In this document: positions 1 to 9,382 of the stretch, one piece after another | How positions within the stretch are numbered: position 1 is the stretch's first letter | Layout of the letters: each line of letters opens with the position of its first letter | Source: Waddliaceae bacterium | GTDB taxonomy: Bacteria; Chlamydiota; Chlamydiia; Chlamydiales; SLFE01 | NCBI GenBank assembly: GCA_963783885.1 | Contig: CAWAPJ010000005.1 | Span: forward strand, 15,574 to 79,573 | Length of the DNA stretch: 64,000 bases | Direction of reading: 5' to 3' | Program-made: the position numbers and the translations under genes | The notes under the pieces: model-generated | What the model was told of the DNA's origin: nothing | Seen by the model: the letters and a program-made list of their open reading frames with translations, nothing else | Databases searched by the model: none

Positions 1-174
1 CCAGTGATTGTTGTTAAGTAAGAGCATTTGAAGGCTCTTCATTTTAAAAACGGGTGGTGGAACATTATAAAGATTTTTATCAGAATACTTAAGCATATTT
101 ATTATTTGTCTGGAACCCCTATGGCATTCAAGTTTAATTATTTGGGCTGTTGGATGTCTTTGAGCCGGTTGCAT
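1..174 (-). CDS. 5' part of a gene running off the window edge, possibly a leucine-rich-repeat protein
   Basis: ATG at 174 preceded by GGAGA; frame open to base 1: MQPAQRHPT...DKNLYNVPPPVFKMKSLQMLLLNNNHW, whose end fits LxxLxLxxN LRR spacing. Not in the ORF track (58 codons, no stop in window). Confidence 0.45.
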   Translation of the reverse strand, partial: MQPAQRHPTAQIIKLECHRGSRQIINMLKYSDKNLYNVPPPVFKMKSLQMLLLNNNHW

Positions 175-292
175 AAAAAAAATTCTCCATAGATGATTTT
201 TAGAATCGGCATTGTATCTAATATTTTTTTCGGAGACAAGCTCTAAGTTCACGTTTATTATATTGGACAAATGCGCTATAATTATCACTATA

Positions 293-2503
293 ATGAAGAA
301 AAAGCGATCGGGCCAAAGGCCCGTAAAGAAAAAAAAATCCAAAGAAGACAAGCTAATCGACAATTTGATGCGCGTCACGCATCAATTCATCATGGGCAAA
401 GGATACCACCCCATGAGCGAATCGGAGCTTTTCAACCGCCTTCAGCTCCCTCAGCAGCATAAAAATATTTTTAAAAAAGTCTTGAAAAAGATGCTTCATG
501 AGGGGTTGATCGAAAATAAAAGGGGACGGTGGGCGCCGCCAAAAGCCGAAAGCGATGTTGTGATCGGCGTTATCCGGATGAACCCCAGAGGGTTCGGTTT
601 TGTGCAGCCTGATACAAAATCTCAGTATATTCAAGATATTTTTATACCCAAGCACCTCACATTCAATGCTGTTGACGGCGACAAGGTCGAAGTTGTCGTC
701 AATTTGGAAACGGTTTCCGATCGGGGGCCGGAAGGAAAAGTCATTTCCATTTTGAATCGGGCGAGGTCGCACCTTGCGGGTACAGTCCGCCACATCGACA
801 AAGAGGGGACAGTACGGGTTTACGCACCGCTCCTTGGAAAGACCGGGCGTGTGGTTTTAGAACCCGATTCCGAGCTTTCGCTGAAAATTGGAGACAGAAT
901 CGTCATGGAGGTGGTCGAATGGGGCGATAAAGAAAGGGAGACGCTTTGCCGCTTTTCACACTATATCGGCCATATTAGCGATGCGGGAGCAGATATCGCA
1001 GCTGCAGTTGAAGAGTATGGGCTTCACGACCGATTTCCAGTGGCTGTCTTAAGCGAGGCTAAACAGTTTCCCAAAAGAGTTCTGACTAAAGATATAAAAG
1101 GGCGGGAGGATTTGAGGGATATCGAATGTTTTACGATCGATCCTGATACTGCCAAAGATTTTGATGATGCGGTCTTTCTAAAAAAAGAAAAAAATGGTTT
1201 CCATTTGTCGGTTCACATCGCCGATGTGACGCATTATGTAAAAACCGGCTCTGCTATTGACGGCGAAGCCAAGCAAAGATGCAATTCCGTTTATTTTCCC
1301 TCGAGAGTCCTTCCTATGCTTCCTGAAGAACTTTCGAACAATCTGTGCAGTTTGAAACCGGGAGTGAACCGGTTGGCGGTTTCGGTGCTGATGGATTTTG
1401 ACTTGAACGGAAAACTGTTAAACTACCGCATTTGCCGATCGGTTATCAAAAGCCGCAAGCGGATGACTTATCGAGAAGCGAAAAAAATCATCGAAGGCAA
1501 GATGAAGAGCCCCTACAAAAATGCTCTTGAGGAGATGGTCGAATTTTGCGGGATTTTGAAAAAAAGGCGTTATGAGCGTGGAAGCATCGAGTTTTCTCTT
1601 CCGGAGCTGATGGTGCTGGTCGATGAGAAGGGCGAGCCGACGGGAACCGATTATGTCGAGTATGATATCACCCACCAATTGATCGAAGAGTTCATGCTGA
1701 AAGCCAACGAGGTGATTGCCGAGCACCTAAGTTCGATCAATAAGAATTTCACCTACCGCATCCACGATGAGCCGGCGGAGGAAAACATCAAGGATTTTGC
1801 TCTTTTGGCGCGGGCTTTCGGCTATGATCTGCCTGAACAGCCAACGACCGAGCAGCTGCAAAAGCTGTTCGACAAGGCGCAAATGTCTCCATTCGGGCCC
1901 TTTTTAGCGACCAGTTTTATTAGACGTATGAAAATGGCCTCCTATTCTCCGGAAAATATCGGCCATTACGGCCTCGCCTTGACCCACTACTGCCATTTTA
2001 CAAGCCCGATTCGCCGCTATGCTGATGTTGTTGTTCATCGGGTGCTTTTCGGCGAGCCTTCCGACTATGAAGAGATTGAAGAAGCGTCGGCTAGGTTTTC
2101 CGATCAGGAAAGAATATCGGCCAAAGCTGAAAATAGCGTGGTTTTGCTCAAAAAACTCCGCCTATTTAAAAAGATGGTCAAAGAAGATCCATATCGGGAG
2201 TTTGAGGCTGTAGTTACCCGGATCAAGCCTTTTGGTTTTTTCTTTGAAGTGATTGATATGATGATCGAGGGATTTCAGCATATCGGGGATCTGGAAGAAG
2301 ACTTTTATGTTTACGATGAAGGGGCCATGCGGCTGAAGGGGCGCCATACCGGAAGGATTTATGAGCCCGGAAAAAAAATCACGTTGATTCTCGGGGAACT
2401 CGACCTGATCGTTCTCGAGTCGAAATGGTATTTGGTTCCGGAAGAAGGGCCGGGGCCCAAGAAACCGAAAAAATCCAAGAGGAAGAGGGGAAAAAGGAGA
2501 TGA
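293..2503 (+). CDS. rnr: Ribonuclease R
   Basis: Cold-shock GFGFV motif, RNB motif TIDPDTAKDFDDA, HFTSPIRRYAD, C-terminal S1 domain and basic tail; start moved to ATG 293. Confidence 0.95.
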   Translation: MKKKRSGQRPVKKKKSKEDKLIDNLMRVTHQFIMGKGYHPMSESELFNRLQLPQQHKNIFKKVLKKMLHEGLIENKRGRWAPPKAESDVVIGVIRMNPRGFGFVQPDTKSQYIQDIFIPKHLTFNAVDGDKVEVVVNLETVSDRGPEGKVISILNRARSHLAGTVRHIDKEGTVRVYAPLLGKTGRVVLEPDSELSLKIGDRIVMEVVEWGDKERETLCRFSHYIGHISDAGADIAAAVEEYGLHDRFPVAVLSEAKQFPKRVLTKDIKGREDLRDIECFTIDPDTAKDFDDAVFLKKEKNGFHLSVHIADVTHYVKTGSAIDGEAKQRCNSVYFPSRVLPMLPEELSNNLCSLKPGVNRLAVSVLMDFDLNGKLLNYRICRSVIKSRKRMTYREAKKIIEGKMKSPYKNALEEMVEFCGILKKRRYERGSIEFSLPELMVLVDEKGEPTGTDYVEYDITHQLIEEFMLKANEVIAEHLSSINKNFTYRIHDEPAEENIKDFALLARAFGYDLPEQPTTEQLQKLFDKAQMSPFGPFLATSFIRRMKMASYSPENIGHYGLALTHYCHFTSPIRRYADVVVHRVLFGEPSDYEEIEEASARFSDQERISAKAENSVVLLKKLRLFKKMVKEDPYREFEAVVTRIKPFGFFFEVIDMMIEGFQHIGDLEEDFYVYDEGAMRLKGRHTGRIYEPGKKITLILGELDLIVLESKWYLVPEEGPGPKKPKKSKRKRGKRR

Positions 2504-3195
2504 AGAGAAAACAATACTTTATCACCGGCCTTGCGATCCTTCTTCCGCTGGCTCTGACAATTGTCATCGTCCTGTTTATCATTAATGTATTGACCGGCCC
2601 TTTTTTGGGGCTTGTCCAGGGCATAATGAATTACTATAACTTTATGCAGGACGGCTTTTGGATTTTTACCGGTCCGCAACTGCAAAAATTTTTAAGCAAA
2701 ATTCTGATATTGATTTTTCTGATCTTCTTCACTATAGGCCTCGGATGGCTGACAAGGTGGGTCGTAGTTCACTATATGCTGAAAACGGGGGACTTTATCA
2801 TCCACAGAATTCCCTTTGTCAACACGCTTTATATCACCTTTCAGGATGTTTTTAAGACAATTTTCAAATCCCACACCTCTTCATTCAAGCAGGTCGTGAT
2901 TATCCCTTTTCCCAATCCCGAGAGCAAGACGCTGGGCTTGGTGACGAAAGAAGATATCCTTTTCGATGGCAATAATAAAAGAGTCGCCGTATTTGTTCCG
3001 ACGACACCGAACCCGACATCGGGATATCTTCTTCTCTTAAAAGAAGAAGATCTCACCTATATCGATATCAGCGTTGAAGAGGCATTGAAATACGTGATTT
3101 CGTGCGGAGTGATACTTATGCCCTTTACAAAGATATCCAGGGATGAAGCACGAGCTAAAATGCAGGCCCTTGAAATGCAAGAGGAAAATCTGTGA
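2500..3195 (+). CDS. DUF502 family membrane protein
   Basis: YFITGL..LLPL.LT N-terminus and VFVPTTPNPTSG motif; ATGA overlap with the rnr stop. Confidence 0.85.
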   Translation: MKRKQYFITGLAILLPLALTIVIVLFIINVLTGPFLGLVQGIMNYYNFMQDGFWIFTGPQLQKFLSKILILIFLIFFTIGLGWLTRWVVVHYMLKTGDFIIHRIPFVNTLYITFQDVFKTIFKSHTSSFKQVVIIPFPNPESKTLGLVTKEDILFDGNNKRVAVFVPTTPNPTSGYLLLLKEEDLTYIDISVEEALKYVISCGVILMPFTKISRDEARAKMQALEMQEENL

Positions 3196-3842
3196 AGAAA
3201 TATTTTTTTACCGGACTGGTCATTCTCCTTCCCCTCGTGCTGACTATTCTCATAGCCCGGCTTGTCATTAATTTGCTGGCCACCCCTTTTGTCGGCATTG
3301 TCCAAACGATTCTTCTCAATTTCGACATCATGACCAAAACGGCTCTCCTCAATAATCCCCAGGTGGTTTATACAATCAGCCAGATTTTATCTTTAATCTT
3401 TTTTATCGCATTGATCTTTTTCATAGGTTTTTTGGGACGGTGGTATTTGTTTCGTACAATGATTAGACTTACGGAAAAAGTTTTTGCAAAAATCCCGTTT
3501 GTCAATAAGATTTATCAGGCCATCAAAGATGTCGTTCAAAATCTCTTGACTTCGGGGCAGGGAACATTCCAGACTGTAGTTTTGGTCCCATATCCTTATG
3601 AGGGCATCTTGTCGCTCGGTTTTGTGACCAAAGAGGCCTTGATTAAGGGAAAAGAGAGCGAGGAGCATCTTGTCTCGGTATTCGTTCCCGCGACACCGAA
3701 TCCGACTATGGGGTTTATCCTTTTGTTTGAAAAGAACCAGATCACTTTTACCGATATGACCATAAGGCAGGCGCTGCAATTGCTGATTTCGTGCGGGTCA
3801 AAAATGGATCAATTTGGAATCGTAAGCGGCAAAGACAAATGA
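3192..3842 (+). CDS. DUF502 family membrane protein (tandem paralog)
   Basis: YFFTGLVILLPL and VFVPATPNPTMG motifs; GTGA overlap with the upstream gene. Confidence 0.85.
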   Translation: MKKYFFTGLVILLPLVLTILIARLVINLLATPFVGIVQTILLNFDIMTKTALLNNPQVVYTISQILSLIFFIALIFFIGFLGRWYLFRTMIRLTEKVFAKIPFVNKIYQAIKDVVQNLLTSGQGTFQTVVLVPYPYEGILSLGFVTKEALIKGKESEEHLVSVFVPATPNPTMGFILLFEKNQITFTDMTIRQALQLLISCGSKMDQFGIVSGKDK

Positions 3843-4786
3843 ATCCTAAAAATGAATTTCCTGAACCGATAGACCTTCCTCCTTCCTACACGATTGCGCG
3901 GGCGGAAAGGAAACTAGAACTTGTCGGGTCTATTTGGAGAGGGGCGGGCATCCGCCTGCTGATAGTTCTCCTCGAGATACTTGGCTTTTTTATTTTTGGA
4001 AGCTTTGCTCTGTTGATTGACGGCATCGCCAGCGGCATCGATATATTATTCAGCGTGCTGCTGCTCATTGGTATCCGCATGGCTGCAAGACCCCCCGATG
4101 AAGATCATCCATTCGGACATGGCCGCTACGAGCCTCTTGCAGGGCTGCAGCTTTCCATTTTTATGATCGTTGGAGGAGGCCTGCTAGCATTTCAGCAATT
4201 TTTCCTGGCCATCAGCCCCGATGGAAAAGAGCTGATCAGCCCCGTAGCCTGGCTCATTCCTTTTATCGCTGTTATTCTTTTGGAAATTTGTTATCGGTTC
4301 ATGATGCACTACGCTCAAAAAAACCATAGCCCTGCTCTCAAGGCCGAAGCTGTACATTTTAGAATCGATGCCCTTAACTCTCTATTTGCCATGGGTGCAT
4401 TAATTCTAGCGGCATTTTTTCCTGCGGCAGGAGGGATGCTCGATCATTTCGGAGCCTCTTTGATTGCTTTTCTTATGGTTGTGATCGGGTTCAGTGCCGC
4501 AAGAAGCAATATCCATCAGCTGATGGACAAGGTTCCCGATAAAGAATACTTTTCTGTGATACGCGATGCTGCAAGTGAAGTCGAGGGGGTATTCGGAACG
4601 GAAAAACTGAGAATACAGCTGTCGGGTCCTGATGCTCATGTAGATATCGATGTCGAGGTCGATCCTAAAATGTCTGTTGAAGAGGCTCATTTGATCAGCC
4701 AGCAGGTTCGCGCTGCGATTCAGAAAAAATGGCCTTCTGTTCGCGATGTCATCGTCCATATGGAACCATTCTATCCAAAAACATGA
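3839..4786 (+). CDS. Cation diffusion facilitator family transporter
   Basis: PPDEDHPFGHGRYE, HFRID and C-terminal VIVHMEP motifs; about six hydrophobic helices. Confidence 0.9.
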   Translation: MNPKNEFPEPIDLPPSYTIARAERKLELVGSIWRGAGIRLLIVLLEILGFFIFGSFALLIDGIASGIDILFSVLLLIGIRMAARPPDEDHPFGHGRYEPLAGLQLSIFMIVGGGLLAFQQFFLAISPDGKELISPVAWLIPFIAVILLEICYRFMMHYAQKNHSPALKAEAVHFRIDALNSLFAMGALILAAFFPAAGGMLDHFGASLIAFLMVVIGFSAARSNIHQLMDKVPDKEYFSVIRDAASEVEGVFGTEKLRIQLSGPDAHVDIDVEVDPKMSVEEAHLISQQVRAAIQKKWPSVRDVIVHMEPFYPKT

Positions 4787-4805
4787 ATTCGTGTATAAAG
4801 GAAGT

Positions 4806-5336
4806 ATGGGAAAATTTCTAGACACTGTTTTAGACCGAATTTTTGCTGTGCTGGGAGCTTTAATCTTCTCCCAGGCGCCGGCTTTCATTCAACAGTATAC
4901 CCAGAGACTTGCCGGAAGCGTGTATGAACTTAAGCTGCAGGTTGATCAAATTCATCAGATCGCCAAAAAAGGCGGCGTGGCCATTGCTGATTACATTGCA
5001 AAATTTAAAGGAAACAGCGACGTTCTTTTTCAAGCCCAGGGAGATATGTTGGAAGCTATTTTGGACCGCTACGCGTCTTTAGACGAAGCTCTGACAAGCC
5101 TTGAAGGCGCGGGGTGGCTGGCTAGACCTTTTGTATTTGCGTCTCACTTTAATACCGACATGTTTTTGGGCACTTTCAAACACTTCACTCCAGCCGTCAA
5201 CATCTCGATTGAAGGAATTGTCTGGGCGTTCACCGGTTTGCTGGCCGGCTATTTCCTCTATAACGGCATAAAAAAAACCGCCTTGAAGGTTTGGAATATA
5301 ACAAGAAAGAAAGACAAGCCTGCTAATGAAGTTTAA
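4806..5336 (+). CDS. DUF2937-like membrane protein
   Basis: SQAPAFIQQYTQRLAG motif; N- and C-terminal hydrophobic segments. Confidence 0.7.
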   Translation: MGKFLDTVLDRIFAVLGALIFSQAPAFIQQYTQRLAGSVYELKLQVDQIHQIAKKGGVAIADYIAKFKGNSDVLFQAQGDMLEAILDRYASLDEALTSLEGAGWLARPFVFASHFNTDMFLGTFKHFTPAVNISIEGIVWAFTGLLAGYFLYNGIKKTALKVWNITRKKDKPANEV

Positions 5337-5877
5337 GATAAGACGTCAACTTTTGATGCGGATCTTTAATTTTCTTCTGTTCTATGTGGGCTGGGGCTTT
5401 TGTCTGTCTGGCGTTGTGAGCGGCCGCCCCTATCAGGGGCCGATAATAATTGCCTTCTTTGTCCTCTATCATCTTTTCCAAGTCCGCTTTCAGCTAGCGG
5501 AAGTTGTCCTTATGCTGTCTGTCGGTATTTTTGGCACCCTCAATGATACCATTTACCTCAATATCGGGATGATCGCGTATCATGGGGGCTATCAAAGCGT
5601 TCCCTGGCTGGCCCCTTTGTGGGTGAGCAGCATATGGGTGCTTTTTGCCATGAGCGTCAACCACTCTCTCATGTGGCTCCGATACAATCCCTATATAGCT
5701 GCCGTCTTTGGCGCCGGCGGTGCCGCTCTTAGCTACTATGCCGCTGCCAAAGTGGGAGCTGCGTCATTTTATCCCAATGACATTGTGGTTTCGCTAATTG
5801 TTGGTTTTATCTGGATGTTTATGATGCCCCTTCTTATACTCTACAGCCGCTGGCTGGCTAAGAAGCTTATTGTTTAA
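5326..5877 (+). CDS. DUF2878-like membrane protein
   Basis: PLWVSSIWVLFAMSVNHSLMWL and FGAGGAALSYYAAAKVGA motifs. Confidence 0.7.
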   Translation: MKFKIRRQLLMRIFNFLLFYVGWGFCLSGVVSGRPYQGPIIIAFFVLYHLFQVRFQLAEVVLMLSVGIFGTLNDTIYLNIGMIAYHGGYQSVPWLAPLWVSSIWVLFAMSVNHSLMWLRYNPYIAAVFGAGGAALSYYAAAKVGAASFYPNDIVVSLIVGFIWMFMMPLLILYSRWLAKKLIV

Positions 5878-5927
5878 CCCGGGATTGCGACCTAATCAGG
5901 GCCTCAGATTAGGTCGCAATCTCGGGT
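5877..5927. repeat. Palindromic miniature element with IS982-like ends; probably also a bidirectional terminator
   Basis: 22-bp stem AACCCGGGATTGCGACCTAATC / GATTAGGTCGCAATCTCGGGTT (1 mismatch); TTA on both sides; lies between convergent genes. Confidence 0.75.
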
Positions 5928-6667
5928 TTAAAGGCTGTGATGGCAAGGAAGAGGGGAAATTCCTTGCGGGCGCGGTTCTCCATCCGCGCCGCCCCTCCCG
6001 TACTGGTCTTATCCGAACACCACTCTTCGAGAATTTCAACCAAAAAACCCGCTTCCCGAAGCCATTGAAAATAGTCGCTCAAGGGGTGGTGGAATGAATA
6101 AGTCGTTTCGGACTTTTTGCCTTTTCCAGGGTGAGTGTGGATGGGAATTTTAAGGGGAGTCATGTAGCGGTTGATTTGTCTGCTTTGGATTTGTTTCTTC
6201 CGGTCGACTTCCCAGGATGATTGTCGGGGAATTCGAAAACAGGGATGGTTCATCACGATGGTGAGCCGGCCTCCATTTTTCAAGTGGCGGTAGGCATTTT
6301 TAAGCGCAGGCAGGGGATTTTCAATATTTTGCAGGGCAAGCAGGATTGTTGCGTGGGTAAAATCATAGTCATCGAGCTTTAGCTTTTTGGTGACATCGCC
6401 GGTGATAAAGCGGTGCTTTTTGTTTCCTTGTTTTGCCGAACGTATCAATGACGACGAGATATCAATCCCGGTATACTTTGAATGCGGCGGAAGACAGCGG
6501 GCGAGTATTCCCTGGCCGCAGGCAAGATCCAGAATTTTGGGAGATTTTTCACCCTCCAGCTTCATAAGTCTGAAAAGATTGGGAAAAATGACTCGGCGAT
6601 GGTAATAATGCCCCTCTTTTCCCACAACTTTATCGTACCAGCTACTGACATTTTCCCATGAAGTCAT
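5909..6667 (-). CDS. Class I SAM-dependent methyltransferase
   Basis: ILDLACGQG motif I, GIDIS, NHPCFRIPRQSSW. Confidence 0.85.
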   Translation of the reverse strand: MTSWENVSSWYDKVVGKEGHYYHRRVIFPNLFRLMKLEGEKSPKILDLACGQGILARCLPPHSKYTGIDISSSLIRSAKQGNKKHRFITGDVTKKLKLDDYDFTHATILLALQNIENPLPALKNAYRHLKNGGRLTIVMNHPCFRIPRQSSWEVDRKKQIQSRQINRYMTPLKIPIHTHPGKGKKSETTYSFHHPLSDYFQWLREAGFLVEILEEWCSDKTSTGGAARMENRARKEFPLFLAITAFKPEIAT

Positions 6668-6715
6668 AGGGATATTATCATGGATTTATAATAAAAAATC
6701 GAGTATAATTATTTT

Positions 6716-7468
6716 ATGTCATCTATAGGTCCAATAAATCATATTATCGCGTCGACCCAGCACGACGTTCAAGAATTAGCTGAATCCCTTTCTCAAGGCA
6801 ATCAGACGATTTCTTCATCCCAGGCTGAAAAATTTATTAAGTCGATTCAGCAAAAGGCATTAGTTTTGAAAAACGAAGCCAGGGGGGACTTTCGGGCAAA
6901 AGCGGAAGGGCTGGACAGCAAATCACTTGACCGCTTGGAAAAAGCGATCGCTTTTCTGGGAACAAACTCCGCAATTGCCAGGCAATTTGCCAAGCCTGCG
7001 CAATACGCCAACCTCGGCAACGTGCTTCTAAGCCTTGGTGAAACCATTGAAAAAATGAAACGGAAAAGGCAGGAAGTCATAATTAAAAAGAAAGGTCTTA
7101 AGGTCGAACGGTTTGAGATTATCGAGTTTTTGAATGCTACGGAAAAAGAATTCAGACGTTTTGTAGTGGCCATCAAAGACCGCGGCGCCGATGAAGACCT
7201 TCTTTTGGAGTTTATACGCGAGCTTATCAGACGGATGGAGGTTCTGCAATTTCTCCACAAGATTTCGCTGCCAAGGAAGGCTCAAAAACTTGTCGGATCC
7301 AAGCATTACAAAAAACTTTTAGAGTTGATTGAGCAAATTTCCGAAGATGAGCTTGTCAGGAAAAAAATCTACACTATTGGCACCTTAGGCGATACCGGAA
7401 ACTCTCATCTCAGATTCTGGAAAACGTTGAAGCATCTGACACAAGTTCTCGAGGATCTTTCGAGTTAA
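6716..7468 (+). CDS. Hypothetical helical protein
   Basis: 250-aa ORF filling the intergenic space; no recognised motif. Confidence 0.6.
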   Translation: MSSIGPINHIIASTQHDVQELAESLSQGNQTISSSQAEKFIKSIQQKALVLKNEARGDFRAKAEGLDSKSLDRLEKAIAFLGTNSAIARQFAKPAQYANLGNVLLSLGETIEKMKRKRQEVIIKKKGLKVERFEIIEFLNATEKEFRRFVVAIKDRGADEDLLLEFIRELIRRMEVLQFLHKISLPRKAQKLVGSKHYKKLLELIEQISEDELVRKKIYTIGTLGDTGNSHLRFWKTLKHLTQVLEDLSS

Positions 7469-7474
7469 CCCGGA

Positions 7475-7819
7475 TTAATCCATTTGGATCCATTTGCGGC
7501 GGTGGCCGATTGACTTTCTTTTTCTTTTCTTGGATTTCTTTCTAAGCACATCTTTTTCATGTTTTTTCTTTTCTTCGGGACCCAGGGTGTCCCAGATGAA
7601 ACTAAATACTTTGTCTCGTTGCTGCTGAATAAAAGCCCATTCGCCGGTTTGAAAATTGCTTGGATTGTCAAGATAGTTGGAGATCTGTTTTTGAGTGAAA
7701 TCTCCTTTTTTGTAAATTTTTTGCAGCGCTTGATCAATCTTGTCGCGAAGACCAAAAATCACCTCTAACCTTTTTCTCAGGTTCGGATCTTCTTTGCTTT
7801 GTTTTTGATCGTCAGCCAT
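7475..7819 (-). CDS. Hypothetical protein with basic C-terminus
   Basis: 114-aa ORF; YLDNPSNF core and KKRKRKSIGHRRKWIQMD tail. Confidence 0.65.
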   Translation of the reverse strand: MADDQKQSKEDPNLRKRLEVIFGLRDKIDQALQKIYKKGDFTQKQISNYLDNPSNFQTGEWAFIQQQRDKVFSFIWDTLGPEEKKKHEKDVLRKKSKKRKRKSIGHRRKWIQMD

Positions 7820-7866
7820 ACTTTTTCACTTATATTTTACCACATCTTGGGATATAATGCCCTTAT

Positions 7867-9117
7867 ATGGCTTATATATACCAATTCTTTCTTTTTTTAG
7901 GATTTATCTTCTATCTACCTTGTTTGGTTCTCCGAAAAAAAGGGGGACCGACTCTTAAAGAAAGGCTTGGGATTCTTTCGAAAGTGCCCCGAAAAACGAA
8001 ATCCCGCCTCGTATGGATTCACGCTGTTTCCCTGGGAGAAGCAAAGGCGGCTGCTCCGCTTGCAAAAATGATGAAAGAAGCTTATGGCGGCGATGCGGAG
8101 TTTGTGATTTCCTTTGGAACGGCCTCCGGTAGGGAAGCGGCTGAAAAATCCATCCCGTTTGCTGATTTTTATCTATACCTTCCGCTCGATTTTATCTGGA
8201 TAATGAAAAATCTGGTTAAAGGGGCGCGGCCTGACCTGGTGATTATCTGCGAGACCGACCTTTGGTATAACTTTTTAAACCAATGCAAGCAGGAGGGGGC
8301 CAAGCTGATTTTGGTGAATGGGAAAATGTCGGAAAGGACTTTTTTGCGCTATCAGGCGTTCTCTTTTTGGGCGGGAAAAATTTTCCCTCTATTTTACCGC
8401 ATATGTGTGCAAAGCTATCACTATGCGCATCGTTTTGAAAAACTCGGAGTGCAAAAAAGCGTTATCAAGATAACAGGCAACCTGAAACTCGATAACAAAG
8501 AGCCTGTTTTTACGGGCAGTAAAGAGGAGATGGGGCTAAATGACAGGGATTTAGTTCTTGTCATCGGTTCGACTCATCATCCCGAGGAACGGTGGTTTCT
8601 TGAAATTCTTGAAGGGATGTGGGACGATTTTCCCAACCTTAAAGTGTTGCTCGTTCCGCGCCATCCCGAACGGTTCAACGAGGTAGAAGAGCTGCTTGAA
8701 CAGAGCGGCCTGCCTTATCGGAAGTATACGGACAAAGACAGTCAACCGTTTAAAATTCAGCTTGTCGATGCCATGGGCATTTTGAAAAACTGTTATCAGT
8801 TCGCCGATGCCGCTATTGTCGGGGGCAGCTATGTCAAAGATGTTGGAGGGCATAATATTCTAGAGCCTAGCGAATTTGGAGTTGCTGTCGTATTCGGTCC
8901 GAATATGCAGTCACAGCCCGAGTTAATCGAGCTTTGCATAGCTTACGGAGCCGGACTTCAAGCTGCGATCGAAGAGCTTCCCTCGGTGCTTCGTTCTCTT
9001 CTGAAAAATAAGCAAAAGCGGGATATCCTGGGACAAAACGGACTCAGGCTGATTCAAGACAATCGAGGAGCTTCCAGAAGAACATTTGAAATAATTCATA
9101 AATCCTGTTGCTTATAA
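7867..9117 (+). CDS. waaA: 3-deoxy-D-manno-octulosonic acid (Kdo) transferase
   Basis: WIHAVSLGE, ETDLW, GNLKLD, GSTH, PRHPERF and GGHNILEP motifs. Confidence 0.95.
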   Translation: MAYIYQFFLFLGFIFYLPCLVLRKKGGPTLKERLGILSKVPRKTKSRLVWIHAVSLGEAKAAAPLAKMMKEAYGGDAEFVISFGTASGREAAEKSIPFADFYLYLPLDFIWIMKNLVKGARPDLVIICETDLWYNFLNQCKQEGAKLILVNGKMSERTFLRYQAFSFWAGKIFPLFYRICVQSYHYAHRFEKLGVQKSVIKITGNLKLDNKEPVFTGSKEEMGLNDRDLVLVIGSTHHPEERWFLEILEGMWDDFPNLKVLLVPRHPERFNEVEELLEQSGLPYRKYTDKDSQPFKIQLVDAMGILKNCYQFADAAIVGGSYVKDVGGHNILEPSEFGVAVVFGPNMQSQPELIELCIAYGAGLQAAIEELPSVLRSLLKNKQKRDILGQNGLRLIQDNRGASRRTFEIIHKSCCL

Positions 9118-9137
9118 TTCAATAAGTCTGATATTCT
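9108..9137 (+). promoter_or_regulatory. Putative sigma66/70 promoter for the tRNA genes
   Basis: TTGCTT-18 nt-TATTCT with an extended -10 TG, 18 nt upstream of tRNA-fMet. Confidence 0.5.
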
Positions 9138-9155
9138 TAGAAATTCAAACGTTAC

Positions 9156-9228
9156 CGCGGGGTGGAGCAGGGGTTAGCTCGTTGGGCTCATAACCCAAAG
9201 GTCGGAGGTTCGAATCCTTCCCCCGCTA
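9156..9228 (+). tRNA. tRNA-fMet (CAT), initiator, copy 1
   Basis: C1:U72 mismatch, three G:C pairs closing the anticodon stem, CAT anticodon, GGTTCGAATCC T-arm; CCA not encoded. Confidence 0.93.
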
Positions 9229-9252
9229 TTTTTCTCTAACAAATCGCTTCAT

Positions 9253-9325
9253 GGCGGTATAGCTCAGTTGGTAGAGCAGCGGAATCATAATCCGCGTGTC
9301 ACTGGTTCGAGTCCAGTTGCCGCTA
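9253..9325 (+). tRNA. tRNA-Met (CAT), probably elongator, copy 1
   Basis: Cloverleaf; anticodon arm GCGGA-AT CAT AA-TCCGC; paired position 1:72. Ile2 not excluded. Confidence 0.88.
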
Positions 9326-9382
9326 TTCCGGAATTTTTATTTGTCATTTTCTCTTTTTTTTTCTATCTTACAGAATAAGAAC

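Noticed and set aside
2500..3842. Tandem DUF502 pair as a novel system
   Set aside because: Old diverged paralogs in a housekeeping operon; nothing unusual in the sequence.
9296..9382. N-terminal extension of the hydrolase ORF (also 12153-12239)
   Set aside because: It overlaps the tRNA-Met gene; the real start is ATG 9383 (12240 in copy 2).
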